From Candidatus Lindowbacteria bacterium RIFCSPLOWO2_12_FULL_62_27 (GTDB lineage: Bacteria; Lindowbacteria; 2-12-FULL-62-27), in NCBI GenBank assembly GCA_001784175.1, contig MFPR01000001.1, forward strand, positions 1 through 64,000: a stretch of 64,000 nucleotides of DNA, read 5' to 3'. Made by a program: the position numbers and the translations under genes. A model generated the notes under the pieces. That model was not told where the DNA came from. It made no database searches and was given only the letters and a program-made list of their open reading frames with translations. Of this stretch, positions 26,867 through 36,928 are shown piece by piece. The stretch's first letter is position 1, and the number at the start of each line of letters is the position of its first letter.

Positions 26867-27776
26867 CCCACCCATGGCGCCGCGCGCAAAAAAGCGGAAG
26901 TGGCTTGGCCTGATTCTGATCCTGGCCCTGCTCGCCGGATTTCTTATGATCGTGGCCGGCCCACGCGTACCGGGCATGGGCCTCCCCGGCAGTCCGGAGA
27001 TCGGGCAGATCAACCTGGTCTCGCCGATTTTTTCCTCCGAGGATCTCCTCGCGTGTTTTCACGTGGCGGACCAATCGGAGAAACTCAAGGTGCTCATTCT
27101 TCGCGTCGACAGCCCCGGCGGATTTGTCGGTTCGTCCCAGGAAGTCTATCGCCGCGTCCGCCAGTTCAAAGAGTCGCGCAATCTTCCCGTGATCGTTTCC
27201 GTCGAAAACGTGTGCGCGTCGGGCGCCTACTACATCGCGGCCGCCGCCGACACGATTCTCGTCAATCCCGGGTCACAGGTGGGATCGATCGGCGTGATCA
27301 TCGATCTTTTGAACGTCCGGGACCTCATGGACAAATTCGGCGTGGACGCGCGGACCATCAAAACCGGCCGATACAAGGACGCCGGCGACCCGACCCGGCG
27401 CCTGTCCGAGGAGGACGACCGCGAGGAGCGGCGGTACTTCCAGTCGCTGATCGATCCGGTCTTGGACCAGTTCGTGAAGGACGTGGCCGAGTCGCGGCGC
27501 ATGCCGGAGGCGGCGGTGCGGAAGGTCGCGCATGGCGGCGTCTTCACCGGCGAGCAGGCCGTCCGGCTGGGACTGGCCGACGAGGTCGGCAATTACGTCG
27601 ACGCCATCAGTCTTGCCGCCCGCCTCGCGGGCCTCGATCCGCGCAAAGCCGCGGCGACGATCATCGCGCCTCCGGATCGGCGGGGCCTGATCGAGCGCCT
27701 TCTGTTCGGCGAATCGGCGCGGGCCGGCCTGTTTCGATCTTGGGGCCGGAAGTATTCTCTGGCGTTTCTTCCATGA
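26838..27776 (+). CDS. sppA: Signal peptide peptidase SppA (S49, 36K type)
   Basis: RVDSPGG, ASGAYYIA, GSIGV, YKD, VFTGEQA. Confidence 0.92.
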   Translation: MTAMPDELPDPPMAPRAKKRKWLGLILILALLAGFLMIVAGPRVPGMGLPGSPEIGQINLVSPIFSSEDLLACFHVADQSEKLKVLILRVDSPGGFVGSSQEVYRRVRQFKESRNLPVIVSVENVCASGAYYIAAAADTILVNPGSQVGSIGVIIDLLNVRDLMDKFGVDARTIKTGRYKDAGDPTRRLSEEDDREERRYFQSLIDPVLDQFVKDVAESRRMPEAAVRKVAHGGVFTGEQAVRLGLADEVGNYVDAISLAARLAGLDPRKAAATIIAPPDRRGLIERLLFGESARAGLFRSWGRKYSLAFLP

Positions 27777-28285
27777 GCCCCGTCCGCGCGTTCAAAGGCG
27801 TGTGGCCGGTGATTCCGGGCAGCGCCTACGTCGACGAGACAGCGGTCGTCGAAGGCGCCGTCACGCTCGGCGAGGAGTCGTCGATCTGGTGCGGCGTGGT
27901 GCTCAGGGGCGACGTCAACCGCATCGTGATCGGCGCGCGGACCAACGTCCAGGACAACGCCGTGATCCATGTCCGCAGGCGCGCGCCGACCTTCATCGGC
28001 AACGAGGTGACCATCGGCCACCTGGCGCACCTTCACGCATGCACCGTCGCCGACCGCTGTCTGATCGGCAGTGGGTCGATCGTGCTGGACGAGTGTGAAA
28101 TCGGCGAAGGCGCCGTCATCGCCGCCGGCGCGCTCCTGTCCCCAAAAACGATCGTCCCACCCCGCACGCTCATGATGGGCGTTCCGGCCAAACCCAGAAG
28201 GGCCATCACCGATGAGGAATTCCAGGAGATCCTTTACTCCTCCCAGAATTACGTCCGCTACGCCGGCGAACACAAAACGGCTTGA
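27773..28285 (+). CDS. Gamma carbonic anhydrase family protein
   Basis: LRGDVN.I.IG..TNVQDNAVIH, TIGH...LHAC hexapeptide repeats; ATG at 27773 overlaps the sppA stop. Confidence 0.92.
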   Translation: MSPVRAFKGVWPVIPGSAYVDETAVVEGAVTLGEESSIWCGVVLRGDVNRIVIGARTNVQDNAVIHVRRRAPTFIGNEVTIGHLAHLHACTVADRCLIGSGSIVLDECEIGEGAVIAAGALLSPKTIVPPRTLMMGVPAKPRRAITDEEFQEILYSSQNYVRYAGEHKTA

Positions 28286-28907
28286 CCTTTTCCTGATCCG
28301 GCACGGCCGGTCCACGTGGAACCGGATCGGCCGCGTCCAGGGACATCAGGACCCGCCGCTGTCCGTTGAGGGACGCGACCACGCCCGGCAGGTCGCAGCG
28401 CACATGAACAGGCGGTTCGGGCCCTTTGACCCGAAGTCCGCCGTCCTTGTGTCGAGCCCGCTCCGGCGCGCCCTCCAAACCGCCCGCGTCCTTTCGGACG
28501 CGTTGCGCCTGACGGTGGTCCCCCGCCGGGACCTGCGGGAGGCGGGCCTGGGCGAGTGGGAAGGCCGCCGGGTGGACGACATCCGGCGAACCGACCGGCG
28601 CCGGCTGGAGCAGTGGTACCAAGACCCGACCCGGGTCCGGCTGAAGGGGGGGGAACCCATCCCGGCCTTCCAGCGGAGGGTCCAAGGGGAGATGCAGAAG
28701 CTGCTATATATATATGGAGAGGCGCAGTCCCTGATTCTGGTCACCCACGGGGGTTGGATCTCGACGCTCCTGACCGACGTTGTGGGCATTCCCATCGGCC
28801 GGCTGTGGACGTTCGTCCTGGACAACTGTTCCCTGACGCGCCTTCTGTGGGACGGCAAGAAGCTTCATCTTCGGAGTTTCAACGAATCGCTGAATATCCA
28901 TCCGTGA
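28212..28907 (+). CDS. Histidine phosphatase family protein
   Basis: LIRHG, SSPLRRA.QTA, LRE...GEWEG, VTHGG; start uncertain. Confidence 0.9.
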   Translation: MRNSRRSFTPPRITSATPANTKRLDLFLIRHGRSTWNRIGRVQGHQDPPLSVEGRDHARQVAAHMNRRFGPFDPKSAVLVSSPLRRALQTARVLSDALRLTVVPRRDLREAGLGEWEGRRVDDIRRTDRRRLEQWYQDPTRVRLKGGEPIPAFQRRVQGEMQKLLYIYGEAQSLILVTHGGWISTLLTDVVGIPIGRLWTFVLDNCSLTRLLWDGKKLHLRSFNESLNIHP

Positions 28908-29108
28908 GAATCCCTGTTGCTGGATTGGGGGATTTGCCATCCCAGGCAAATCCTGACCCGGAGGCAACAGGGATAATCCATCCATGGATAAAAAATGGGG
29001 CCCAATTCCATTCTGAGGAACCAGGCCCCTGGGCGCTTAGAGGGTTGGTATTTTTTTCGCTGATCTGTTCTCATCCTACCGCAGGCTTTCAAAATGGCAA
29101 GGAAAAAC

Positions 29109-29128
29109 ATTGTGATCTTGGTCACAAT
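29109..29128. promoter_or_regulatory. CRP/FNR-family-like binding site upstream of ppdK
   Basis: ATTGTGA-tcttgg-TCACAAT. Confidence 0.6.
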
Positions 29129-29193
29129 CTTTTCAGAGCCTGTTTTTACAAGTCACTGAGCGTTTGGAGATTGTATTTTCGGCCATCCGTCAC

Positions 29194-29222
29194 TTGACCC
29201 GTGCCTTCGCGTCACGTACCAT
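29194..29222 (+). promoter_or_regulatory. Putative sigma-70 promoter of ppdK
   Basis: TTGACC-17 bp-TACCAT. Confidence 0.5.
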
Positions 29223-29266
29223 CCGCAGGAAATTTTGCGGTTCATTAGAATTCAAAGGAGATGGCC

Positions 29267-31975
29267 ATGGGTAATAAGTTTGTTTATTTTTTTGGCGGCA
29301 AGAAAGCCGAAGGCGCCGCCGGCATGAAGAATCTGCTCGGCGGAAAAGGCGCGAACCTCGCCGAGATGGTGAACGTCGGAATTCCGGTTCCGCCGGGATT
29401 TACGATCACGACCGAGTGCTGTGCCGAGTATTTTGCGCGCGGCGGCAAGTTCCCGGGCCATCTGAAAGCGGAAGTCGACAAGGCGATGAAGCGGGTGGAG
29501 AAGGAAATCGGGATGGAGTTTGGCGGCCGCGCCAATCCGCTCCTGGTGTCCTGCCGGTCCGGCGCGAGAAAATCGATGCCCGGCATGATGGAGACGGTCC
29601 TCAATGTCGGTCTTTGTTCGTCCACCATCCCCGGACTCGTCGCCCGGACGAAAAATGAGCGTTTCGTGTACGACGCCTACCGGCGGCTCATCACGATGTA
29701 TTCGGACGTCGTCATGGAAAAGGCCGAGGACATCGAGCCGCAAGAGGGCAAGGGTATCCGGCAGCAGTTGGACAGACTTCTGGACGATCTGAAGAAAAGA
29801 AAAAATTACCGGCAGGACACGGACCTGACCGCGGAGGATTTGAAGGGATTGTGCGAGTCGTACAAGAAGCGGATCAAGGAAGTTCTCGGCAGGCCCTTCC
29901 CGGACGACCCGATCGAGCAGTTGTGGGGCGGCATCGGCGCCGTGTTCAAGAGCTGGAACGGCCGGCGCGCGGTGGCCTACCGGAACATCGAAGGCATCCC
30001 GCACGAGTGGGGGACCGCCACCAACGTTCAGGCGATGGTCTTCGGCAACATGGGCGACACGTCGGCCACCGGGGTGGCCTTCACGCGCAACCCGGCCACC
30101 GGCGATTCCAGGTTTTACGGGGAATGGCTGGTCAACGCGCAGGGCGAGGACGTGGTGGCGGGCATCCGCACGCCGTCGCCGATCAACGAAGCGACCAAGA
30201 ACGATCAGAACCGGAGTCTCGTGTCGCTCGAGAAAGCGATGCCGGGCCTCTACCGGCAACTCGACGGCATCCGCAGAAAACTCGAAAAACATTATCGCGA
30301 CATGCAGGACCTCGAGTTCACGATCCAGGACGGCAAACTCTACATGCTCCAGACCCGGTCCGGCAAACGCACGGGCACGGCCGCGCTGAATATCGCGATG
30401 GACATGCTCCGCGAAAAACTCATCGACAGGAAAACCGCTGTCACGCGGGTCGAGCCGCACCAGCTCGACGAGCTTCTTCATCCCATCATCGATCCGGCGG
30501 CCGAAAAAAGCGTAAAGCCGGTCGCGAAGGGCCTCCCGGCGGGGCCGGGCGGCGCGTGCGGGCAGATCGTCTTCACGGCGGCCGCTGCGGTGGAATGGAC
30601 CCAGCGCGGCAGGAAAGTCGTGCTGGTGCGCGAGGAGACCAACCCGGAGGATGTGGAGGGCATGCGCGCGGCGGTCGGCATCCTGACGGCGCGGGGCGGC
30701 ATGACGAGCCACGCGGCGCTGGTCGCGCGCGGATGGGGCAAGTGCTGCATCGTCGGGGCGGCCGACATTCATGCCGACGCGCACGCGCGGACGATGAAAG
30801 CCAACGGCCGCATGTTCAAGGAAGGGGACACCGTCACGCTGAACGGTACGAGGGGACTCGTGTACGAAGGCAGGCTCAACATGATCGACGCAACGGAGAA
30901 CCCGCGGTTCCAGGAGTTCATGAAAATGGCCGATGCGTTCCGCACGCTGGGCGTCCGCGCCAACGCCGACACCCCGGAGGACGCGCGCGTGGCCCGAAGT
31001 TACGGCGCGGAAGGCATTGGCCTTTTCCGGACGGAACACATGTTCTACGGCAAGGGCAGCGACGAGCCGCTCTTTTTACTCCGCAAGATGATCCTGAGCG
31101 CGACCGAGCAGGAGCGGCGGAAGGCGCTATCGGAGCTTTTCGTGCACGTCAAGAAAGACATCAAGGCGACGCTGGAGGCGATGGAAGGATTTCCGGTGAC
31201 GATCCGCCTGCTCGACCCGCCTTTGCATGAATTTGTCCCCCGCGACGCCGACAAGCAAAAAGCGCTCGCGGACGCCCTTGGCATTCAGCCGGCGGACGTG
31301 CAGAAGCGGGGCGAGGAACTGCACGAATCGAACCCGATGATGGGGCACCGCGGGGTCAGGCTGGGCGTCACGTATCCCGAAATTTCGGAAATGCAGATTC
31401 GCGCCATTTTCGAGGCCGCGGCGGAGCTCATTCAGGCCGGCAAGAAGTGCCATCCCGAGATCATGGTGCCCGTGACCTGCGACGTGAAAGAACTCACCCA
31501 CCAGAGGGCGATCGTGCGGAGGGTGTACACAGAGGTTTGCAAGGCCAAGGGAATCAAATCCATTCCGTACTTGTACGGAACGATGATCGAGATTCCGCGC
31601 GCAGCGCTTATGGCGGACCGCATGGCGGAGGAATCCGAATTTTTCTCGTTCGGCACGAACGATCTCACGCAGATGGGGTTCGGGTTCAGCCGCGACGACA
31701 TCGGCGGATTCCTCCCGGATTATCTGAAGCAGAAGATCCTTCCGGCCGACCCATTCCAGACGATCGACCAGGCCGGCATCGGCCAGCTCATCGAGATGTC
31801 GGTGAAGAAAGGCCGCGCGACGAAAAAGGATTTGAAAGTCGGCATCTGCGGCGAGCAGGGAGGCGATCCGGCCTCGGTCGAGTTCTGCTTCAAGGCGGGA
31901 TTGAACTACGTGAGCTGCAGCGCCTATCGCGTCCCGATCGCGCGGCTGGCCGCGGCGCACGCCGCCCTGCGCTGA
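29267..31975 (+). CDS. ppdK: Pyruvate, phosphate dikinase
   Basis: LLGGKGANLAEM, GGMTSHAALVARG, GIGLFRTEHMF, FSFGTNDLTQ; AAAGGAG RBS. Confidence 0.97.
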   Translation: MGNKFVYFFGGKKAEGAAGMKNLLGGKGANLAEMVNVGIPVPPGFTITTECCAEYFARGGKFPGHLKAEVDKAMKRVEKEIGMEFGGRANPLLVSCRSGARKSMPGMMETVLNVGLCSSTIPGLVARTKNERFVYDAYRRLITMYSDVVMEKAEDIEPQEGKGIRQQLDRLLDDLKKRKNYRQDTDLTAEDLKGLCESYKKRIKEVLGRPFPDDPIEQLWGGIGAVFKSWNGRRAVAYRNIEGIPHEWGTATNVQAMVFGNMGDTSATGVAFTRNPATGDSRFYGEWLVNAQGEDVVAGIRTPSPINEATKNDQNRSLVSLEKAMPGLYRQLDGIRRKLEKHYRDMQDLEFTIQDGKLYMLQTRSGKRTGTAALNIAMDMLREKLIDRKTAVTRVEPHQLDELLHPIIDPAAEKSVKPVAKGLPAGPGGACGQIVFTAAAAVEWTQRGRKVVLVREETNPEDVEGMRAAVGILTARGGMTSHAALVARGWGKCCIVGAADIHADAHARTMKANGRMFKEGDTVTLNGTRGLVYEGRLNMIDATENPRFQEFMKMADAFRTLGVRANADTPEDARVARSYGAEGIGLFRTEHMFYGKGSDEPLFLLRKMILSATEQERRKALSELFVHVKKDIKATLEAMEGFPVTIRLLDPPLHEFVPRDADKQKALADALGIQPADVQKRGEELHESNPMMGHRGVRLGVTYPEISEMQIRAIFEAAAELIQAGKKCHPEIMVPVTCDVKELTHQRAIVRRVYTEVCKAKGIKSIPYLYGTMIEIPRAALMADRMAEESEFFSFGTNDLTQMGFGFSRDDIGGFLPDYLKQKILPADPFQTIDQAGIGQLIEMSVKKGRATKKDLKVGICGEQGGDPASVEFCFKAGLNYVSCSAYRVPIARLAAAHAALR

Positions 31976-32703
31976 CGAAGTACCGGCCGGCGTCGGAGAC
32001 GCCGGCACCTGGGGCGCCGGAGGCGCTGATCCGGATTTTCGCCGACGGCGCCTCGAGCGGCAACCCCGGCCCGTCAGGCTGGGGCGCCGTGATCCGGACG
32101 GGGCGGCGCGTCAAAGAGATCGGCGGGTCGGACCCGCACTCCACCAACAACGTCATGGAGCTCTTGGCCGTCATTGAAGGCCTGCGCGCAACGCCGCCGC
32201 ACGCCGCCGTCAGCGTCCACTCCGACAGTTCCTACGTGATCGACGGCATCACGCGGCACATCCGCGTGTGGCGGGGAAACGGATTTTTGACGACGTCGAA
32301 AAAACCGGTCGAACATCGCGAGCTCTGGGAGGAACTCGACGACCTGGCGGCGGAACGCAAGACGCGGTTCGTCAAAGTGCCGGGGCACGCAGGCGTTCGG
32401 GAGAACGAACGCGCCAATGACATCGCGCAGGCCTTTGCCCAAGGGCGGCGGCCAAAGCTGGCGGACAAGGAAACGGACGACACGGAAACCCGGCCGGCCC
32501 TCGCGCTGACGGCGCTCGATGGAGCGCCGGCGGCGTTTCCGACGTACATGGTCAGCGACCGCGGCCAGATTTCCTTTTACGGCGCGTGGGACGACTGCCG
32601 GCGCGTGGTCGAGGGCCGGCGCGGCGTCTTGTACAAAAAATGCAAATCCCGCGAAGAATTGGAATACACGTTGGAAAAATGGGCCGCGCGTGCTATGGAC
32701 TGA
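31972..32703 (+). CDS. rnhA: Ribonuclease HI with C-terminal hybrid-binding (caulimovirus VI-like) domain
   Basis: FADGASSGNPGPSGWG, TNNVMEL.A, SDSSYV, VPGHAGVRENERA; C-terminal W.DC...V.G....YKK motif. Start uncertain. Confidence 0.88.
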   Translation: MTKYRPASETPAPGAPEALIRIFADGASSGNPGPSGWGAVIRTGRRVKEIGGSDPHSTNNVMELLAVIEGLRATPPHAAVSVHSDSSYVIDGITRHIRVWRGNGFLTTSKKPVEHRELWEELDDLAAERKTRFVKVPGHAGVRENERANDIAQAFAQGRRPKLADKETDDTETRPALALTALDGAPAAFPTYMVSDRGQISFYGAWDDCRRVVEGRRGVLYKKCKSREELEYTLEKWAARAMD

Positions 32704-32709
32704 TCTCGC

Positions 32710-33570
32710 ATGAGAATCTCAGAGATGCTGGCGCGCGACGGCCGCACGTTTTCGTTCGAATTTTTCCCGCCCAAGACCCCGGAAGGGGAGAAGAACCTGT
32801 ACGAAACCATCGAGGTCCTCCGTGAGCACCATCCGTCCTTCGTGTCGGTCACCTACGGCGCCGGCGGCAGCACGAGGGCCAAGACCGTGGAGATCGTGTC
32901 GCGGATCAAGAACGAGATCGGGATTGAAGCCATGGCGCACCTCACGTGCGTCGGCGCCGCCCGGGGCGAAATCCTGAGCGTGCTGGACAAACTCAAAAAG
33001 GAGCGCATCGAAAACGTTCTCGCGCTGAGGGGCGATCCCCCCAAGGGCGAAACCGGATTCACGCCGCATGCGGACGGATTCCGGTACGCCAGCGAGCTGG
33101 TCGCGGCCGTCCGGGAGCACGACGATTTCACGATCGGTGTCGCCGGCTACCCGGAGGGTCATGTGGAGTGCGAGAGCAAGGAGAAGGACCTGGAGAACCT
33201 GAAGCGGAAGGTGGACGCGGGCGGGGAGTTCATCATCACGCAGTTGTTTTTCGACCCCAAGGACTATTTCGATTTTGTGGCCAGAGCCCGCGCCATCGGC
33301 ATCCGCGTCCCGATCATCCCGGGCATCATGCCGGTCACCAATTTCGCGCAGATCCAGAAGTTCACGCAAATGTGCGGCGCCCACCTGCCGGCCGAAATGC
33401 GGGCGGCGCTCGAACCGATCCAGCACGACCCGGCGCAGGTGCAGGCCTTCGGTGTCGAATACGCGGTGCGCCAGTGCCAGGAACTCCTCAACCGCGGCGC
33501 CCCCGGCATCCATTTCTACACCCTCAACAAATCCCCCGCCACGCGCGCGATTTTCTCCCGGCTGTTTTGA
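32710..33570 (+). CDS. metF: 5,10-methylenetetrahydrofolate reductase
   Basis: FSFEFFPPK, SVTYGAGGS, AHLTC, ALRGDPP, ITQLFF, HFYTLN. Confidence 0.96.
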   Translation: MRISEMLARDGRTFSFEFFPPKTPEGEKNLYETIEVLREHHPSFVSVTYGAGGSTRAKTVEIVSRIKNEIGIEAMAHLTCVGAARGEILSVLDKLKKERIENVLALRGDPPKGETGFTPHADGFRYASELVAAVREHDDFTIGVAGYPEGHVECESKEKDLENLKRKVDAGGEFIITQLFFDPKDYFDFVARARAIGIRVPIIPGIMPVTNFAQIQKFTQMCGAHLPAEMRAALEPIQHDPAQVQAFGVEYAVRQCQELLNRGAPGIHFYTLNKSPATRAIFSRLF

Positions 33571-33593
33571 ACCGCACTTTTCCATTCTCCCGT

Positions 33594-33622
33594 TTGACTT
33601 CGTCACCATTGCCCGTTAGAAT
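33594..33622 (+). promoter_or_regulatory. Putative sigma-70 promoter
   Basis: TTGACT-17 bp-TAGAAT upstream of the PilZ gene. Confidence 0.55.
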
Positions 33623-33665
33623 TTGGCTGTGACCGCGTGACTGCGGTGAAAGGGGTGGCTTGCGG

Positions 33666-34403
33666 ATGGGGGAGGACCCAGGGGTGAGAGGTGTGATCGC
33701 CGCCGACGGCTTGGCCGACATTTCCCGGCGGGCATCGGCGCCGGCGGAGGCGCCGGACCCGTGCCATTATTATCTGGGGCAGGACCGCGCGATCTACGGT
33801 CCTGCCGATCTCATGGCGATCGCCGGGTGGATCGGGGAGGGCCGTGTGACGGCGCGGGACTGGATTTTCGTGCCGTCGATGTGCGACTGGATGCCGATCC
33901 TAGAGATTCCGGAGTTGGCCGCGTGTTTTTACAGCGAGTCGGACCGGCCTCCGGGCCCGCCGCCCGCGCTCGCCGTCGATTTTGTCCGGAAGCACTACTC
34001 CGCCGGAAGGCTGGATCCTTCGGACCCGACCAAACCCGAAGTCCTCGAGAAACGTCAGTGGGTTCGCATTCCCCTCAGCGCCGTCATGAAATTCTCCCGG
34101 GTACAACAGGTCAACGGCAACGGTTCCGCGCAGTTTGAGGCCTGCACCGTCAATCTTTCCGAGGGCGGTCTGGGCTTCGAATGGATGGAGCCGTTGGCCG
34201 CCGGCGAGAAGCTCTACGTGCGCGTTGAATTTTCTCCTTCCGTTCTCCATGGTTCCGCCCAAGTGGTTCATTGTATTCAGCGCGGGCCGGCGGTCTACCG
34301 GATCGGCGTCGCGTTTTCAAATCTGCCCGAATCCGAGCGTTACAAGATCCGCGCCCACATCCTGACCCACCTCCAGTCCGCCGCACGCCGCCCTCCGGCT
34401 TGA
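33666..34403 (+). CDS. PilZ domain protein with N-terminal GYF_2 (DUF4339)-like domain
   Basis: YGP...I.EGRV....W......DW.PI..IPEL; RQWVR (RxxxR) and NLSEGG c-di-GMP motifs. Start uncertain. Confidence 0.82.
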   Translation: MGEDPGVRGVIAADGLADISRRASAPAEAPDPCHYYLGQDRAIYGPADLMAIAGWIGEGRVTARDWIFVPSMCDWMPILEIPELAACFYSESDRPPGPPPALAVDFVRKHYSAGRLDPSDPTKPEVLEKRQWVRIPLSAVMKFSRVQQVNGNGSAQFEACTVNLSEGGLGFEWMEPLAAGEKLYVRVEFSPSVLHGSAQVVHCIQRGPAVYRIGVAFSNLPESERYKIRAHILTHLQSAARRPPA

Positions 34404-34452
34404 AAATTCTCCCGGCGTCGGATAGGGTGACGCTGGACGGGGAGGTGAGCGG

Positions 34453-34686
34453 ATGGACACAAGTGTGGTGCAGCGTCGCATCGAAGAGGCGTTGCCGGGA
34501 TCGAAGGTCGAAGTGCTGGACCAGGGCGGCGGGGACCACCTGCAGGTGACGGTGGTTTCGGCGGCGTTTGCCGGCAAGAGCCGGATGCAGCAGCACCAGA
34601 TGATCTACGGCCTCTTTCGCGAGGAGATGCAGACCGAGGCCATCCACGCGCTCGCACTCAAGACGTTCACGCCCGAAGAGGCGTAG
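34453..34686 (+). CDS. bolA: BolA/IbaG family protein
   Basis: [26 protein letters not shown]...IHAL.LKT; GGAGG RBS. Confidence 0.92.
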   Translation: MDTSVVQRRIEEALPGSKVEVLDQGGGDHLQVTVVSAAFAGKSRMQQHQMIYGLFREEMQTEAIHALALKTFTPEEA

Positions 34687-34714
34687 TGACAGAATTGTAA
34701 AGGAGGTCTTGAGA

Positions 34715-35044
34715 ATGGAAGAGATCCAAGAGCGAATCAAGAAGGACATCGAAGCGAATCCGATCCTTTTGTACATCAAGGGCACGCGGGAGCAGCCGAT
34801 GTGCGGATTTTCCGCGCAGGCCGTCCACGTGTTCGAGCGGCTCGGCGTGCCGTTCGAGACCCGGAACGTCCTCGACGGTTCGGGCCTCCGGGAGGCCCTT
34901 CCGCAGGTTTCGAACTGGCCGACGTTCCCGCAGGTCTTCGTCAAGGGGGAGCTGGTGGGCGGGAGTGACATCGTGACGGAGATGTACGAAAAGGGAGAGC
35001 TTCAGCCACTGGTCGAAAAGGCGCTTGGCTCAACCAAGAACTAG
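34715..35044 (+). CDS. grxD: Monothiol glutaredoxin (Grx4 family)
   Basis: KGT...PMCGFS, WPTFPQ, GGSD. Confidence 0.95.
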   Translation: MEEIQERIKKDIEANPILLYIKGTREQPMCGFSAQAVHVFERLGVPFETRNVLDGSGLREALPQVSNWPTFPQVFVKGELVGGSDIVTEMYEKGELQPLVEKALGSTKN

Positions 35045-35056
35045 AATCGGGGGTAC

Positions 35057-36928
35057 ATGACGGAACCGGCGACAGCACAGGGCGGCGTGACGCGCGATGA
35101 GGCGATGGCAGTCGCTGAGGCCGCGCGTGAGACGGAGTGGAAGCATCCCTCCTTTGTCGCCGAACTCTTCATGGGCCGGTTCCGGCCCGGGCTGATTTTT
35201 CCCTATCCGCTTCAATCCGAATCCGACAAGAAAACCGGCGACGAATTTCTGGCGAAGCTCGAGAAGTTCCTGCGGGAGCATCTGGACCCCGACGAGGTCG
35301 ACCGGACGCACGAGATCCCGGTCGAGGTCATCAAGGGCCTGGCGGACCTCGGATGTTTCGGGATGAAAATTCCGACCTCGTACGGCGGGTTGGGCCTCTC
35401 GCAGGTCAATTACAACCGCTCCATCGCGCTGGTCGCGTCGTATTGCGCCTCGACCGCCGTCTGGCTTTCGGCGCACCAGTCGATCGGCGCGCCCCAGCCG
35501 CTCAAGCTGTTCGGGACGGAAGAGCAGAAGAAAAAATATTTTCCGCTGTTCGCCAAGGGATTCATTTCGGCCTTTGCGCTGACCGAGCCGGACGTCGGGT
35601 CGGACCCGGCGCGGATGTCGACGACCGCGACGCCCAACGCCGACCGGTCCGAGTGGACGATCAGCGGCGACAAGCTCTGGTGCACGAACGGTCCGGTGGC
35701 CGACATCATGATCGTGATGGCGCGCACGCCCGACCGGATGGTGGACGGCAAAGCGCGGCGGCAGATCACGGCCTTCATCGTGGAGCGAAACACGCCGGGG
35801 GTTGAAGTAGTCCACCGGTGCGAATTCATGGGGCTGAACGGCATTCAGAACGGGCTCATCCGGTTCAACAACGTCCGGGTGCCGGCGAAAAACATATTGT
35901 GGGATGAAGGCCGCGGCCTGAAACTCGCCCTGACCACCCTGAACACCGGCCGCCTCACGATTCCGGCCGCCTGCACCGGCACCGCCAAGCAGAGCCTCCG
36001 CTGGGTGCGGGAGTGGTCCAACGAGCGCGTCCAGTGGGGCGCGCCGATCGGCCGGCACGAGGCGATCGCGCAGAAAATCAGTTGGATGGCCGCGACCACG
36101 TTTGCGATGGAGGCCGTGACATACTACACCTCGGGCCTGGCCGACCGCGGCGACGCGGACATCCGGCTGGAGGCGGCGATTGCCAAACTGTTCTGTTCGG
36201 AAGCCTCCTGGAAAATTGCGGACGAAACCGTGCAGATCCGGGGCGGGCGCGGCTATGAAACCGCGCGGAGTCTCCGCGCGCGCGGCGAAAAGGCGATCCC
36301 GGCCGAGCGGGCGCTGCGGGACGCGCGGATCAACACGATCATCGAGGGATCGAGCGAGATCATGCGGCTCGTCATCGCGCGCGAGGCCGTGGACCGGCAC
36401 ATGCAGGTGGCCGGCAGAATTTTGCAACCGGGCCTCGCGGTGCAGGACCGGGTGCGGGCGGCGGGCAAGGCCGCGCTGTTCTACGCGGTGTGGTATCCCA
36501 CGCGATGGTTCCATCTTGCCTGGCCGCCCCGATACCTCTTTCTTGGCCGGTCATTGGCCTCGCACCTCCGGTTCGCCCACCGGCACACGCGGCGGCTGTC
36601 TCGCGCCATCTTTCACGCGATGCTTCGCCATGGCCCCGGCCTGGAAAAGCGGCAGGCGGTGTTGTACCGCATCGTCGACATCGGCGTGCATCTCTTTGCG
36701 ATGACCGCCGCCGTTTCGTACGCCCGCACGCTCGCGCGCCAGAATCCGGCCGACCGAACGCCCGTGGATCTCGCGGATCTGTTCTGCCGGCAGGCACGCA
36801 GGCAGATCCGCAGCCTCGATTGCGCCATCTGGTGCCACGACGACACCCGATCGTACCGGGTCGCCCGGCAGGTTCTGGACGGCCGGATGACCTGGCTGGA
36901 AAAAGGGGCGATCGGGGAGACGCCGTGA
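35057..36928 (+). CDS. Acyl-CoA dehydrogenase (ACAD9/VLCAD-like)
   Basis: AHQSIG, FALTEPDVGSD, KLWCTNG, QIRGGRGYE, IIEGSSEIMRL. Confidence 0.93.
   Translation: MTEPATAQGGVTRDEAMAVAEAARETEWKHPSFVAELFMGRFRPGLIFPYPLQSESDKKTGDEFLAKLEKFLREHLDPDEVDRTHEIPVEVIKGLADLGCFGMKIPTSYGGLGLSQVNYNRSIALVASYCASTAVWLSAHQSIGAPQPLKLFGTEEQKKKYFPLFAKGFISAFALTEPDVGSDPARMSTTATPNADRSEWTISGDKLWCTNGPVADIMIVMARTPDRMVDGKARRQITAFIVERNTPGVEVVHRCEFMGLNGIQNGLIRFNNVRVPAKNILWDEGRGLKLALTTLNTGRLTIPAACTGTAKQSLRWVREWSNERVQWGAPIGRHEAIAQKISWMAATTFAMEAVTYYTSGLADRGDADIRLEAAIAKLFCSEASWKIADETVQIRGGRGYETARSLRARGEKAIPAERALRDARINTIIEGSSEIMRLVIAREAVDRHMQVAGRILQPGLAVQDRVRAAGKAALFYAVWYPTRWFHLAWPPRYLFLGRSLASHLRFAHRHTRRLSRAIFHAMLRHGPGLEKRQAVLYRIVDIGVHLFAMTAAVSYARTLARQNPADRTPVDLADLFCRQARRQIRSLDCAIWCHDDTRSYRVARQVLDGRMTWLEKGAIGETP

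Noticed and set aside
28908-29260. Possible ncRNA/riboswitch in the ppdK leader and ORF 28865-29125
   Set aside because: No recognisable RNA family motif; the predicted promoter lies close to the start, leaving a short leader; the ORF lacks coding features.
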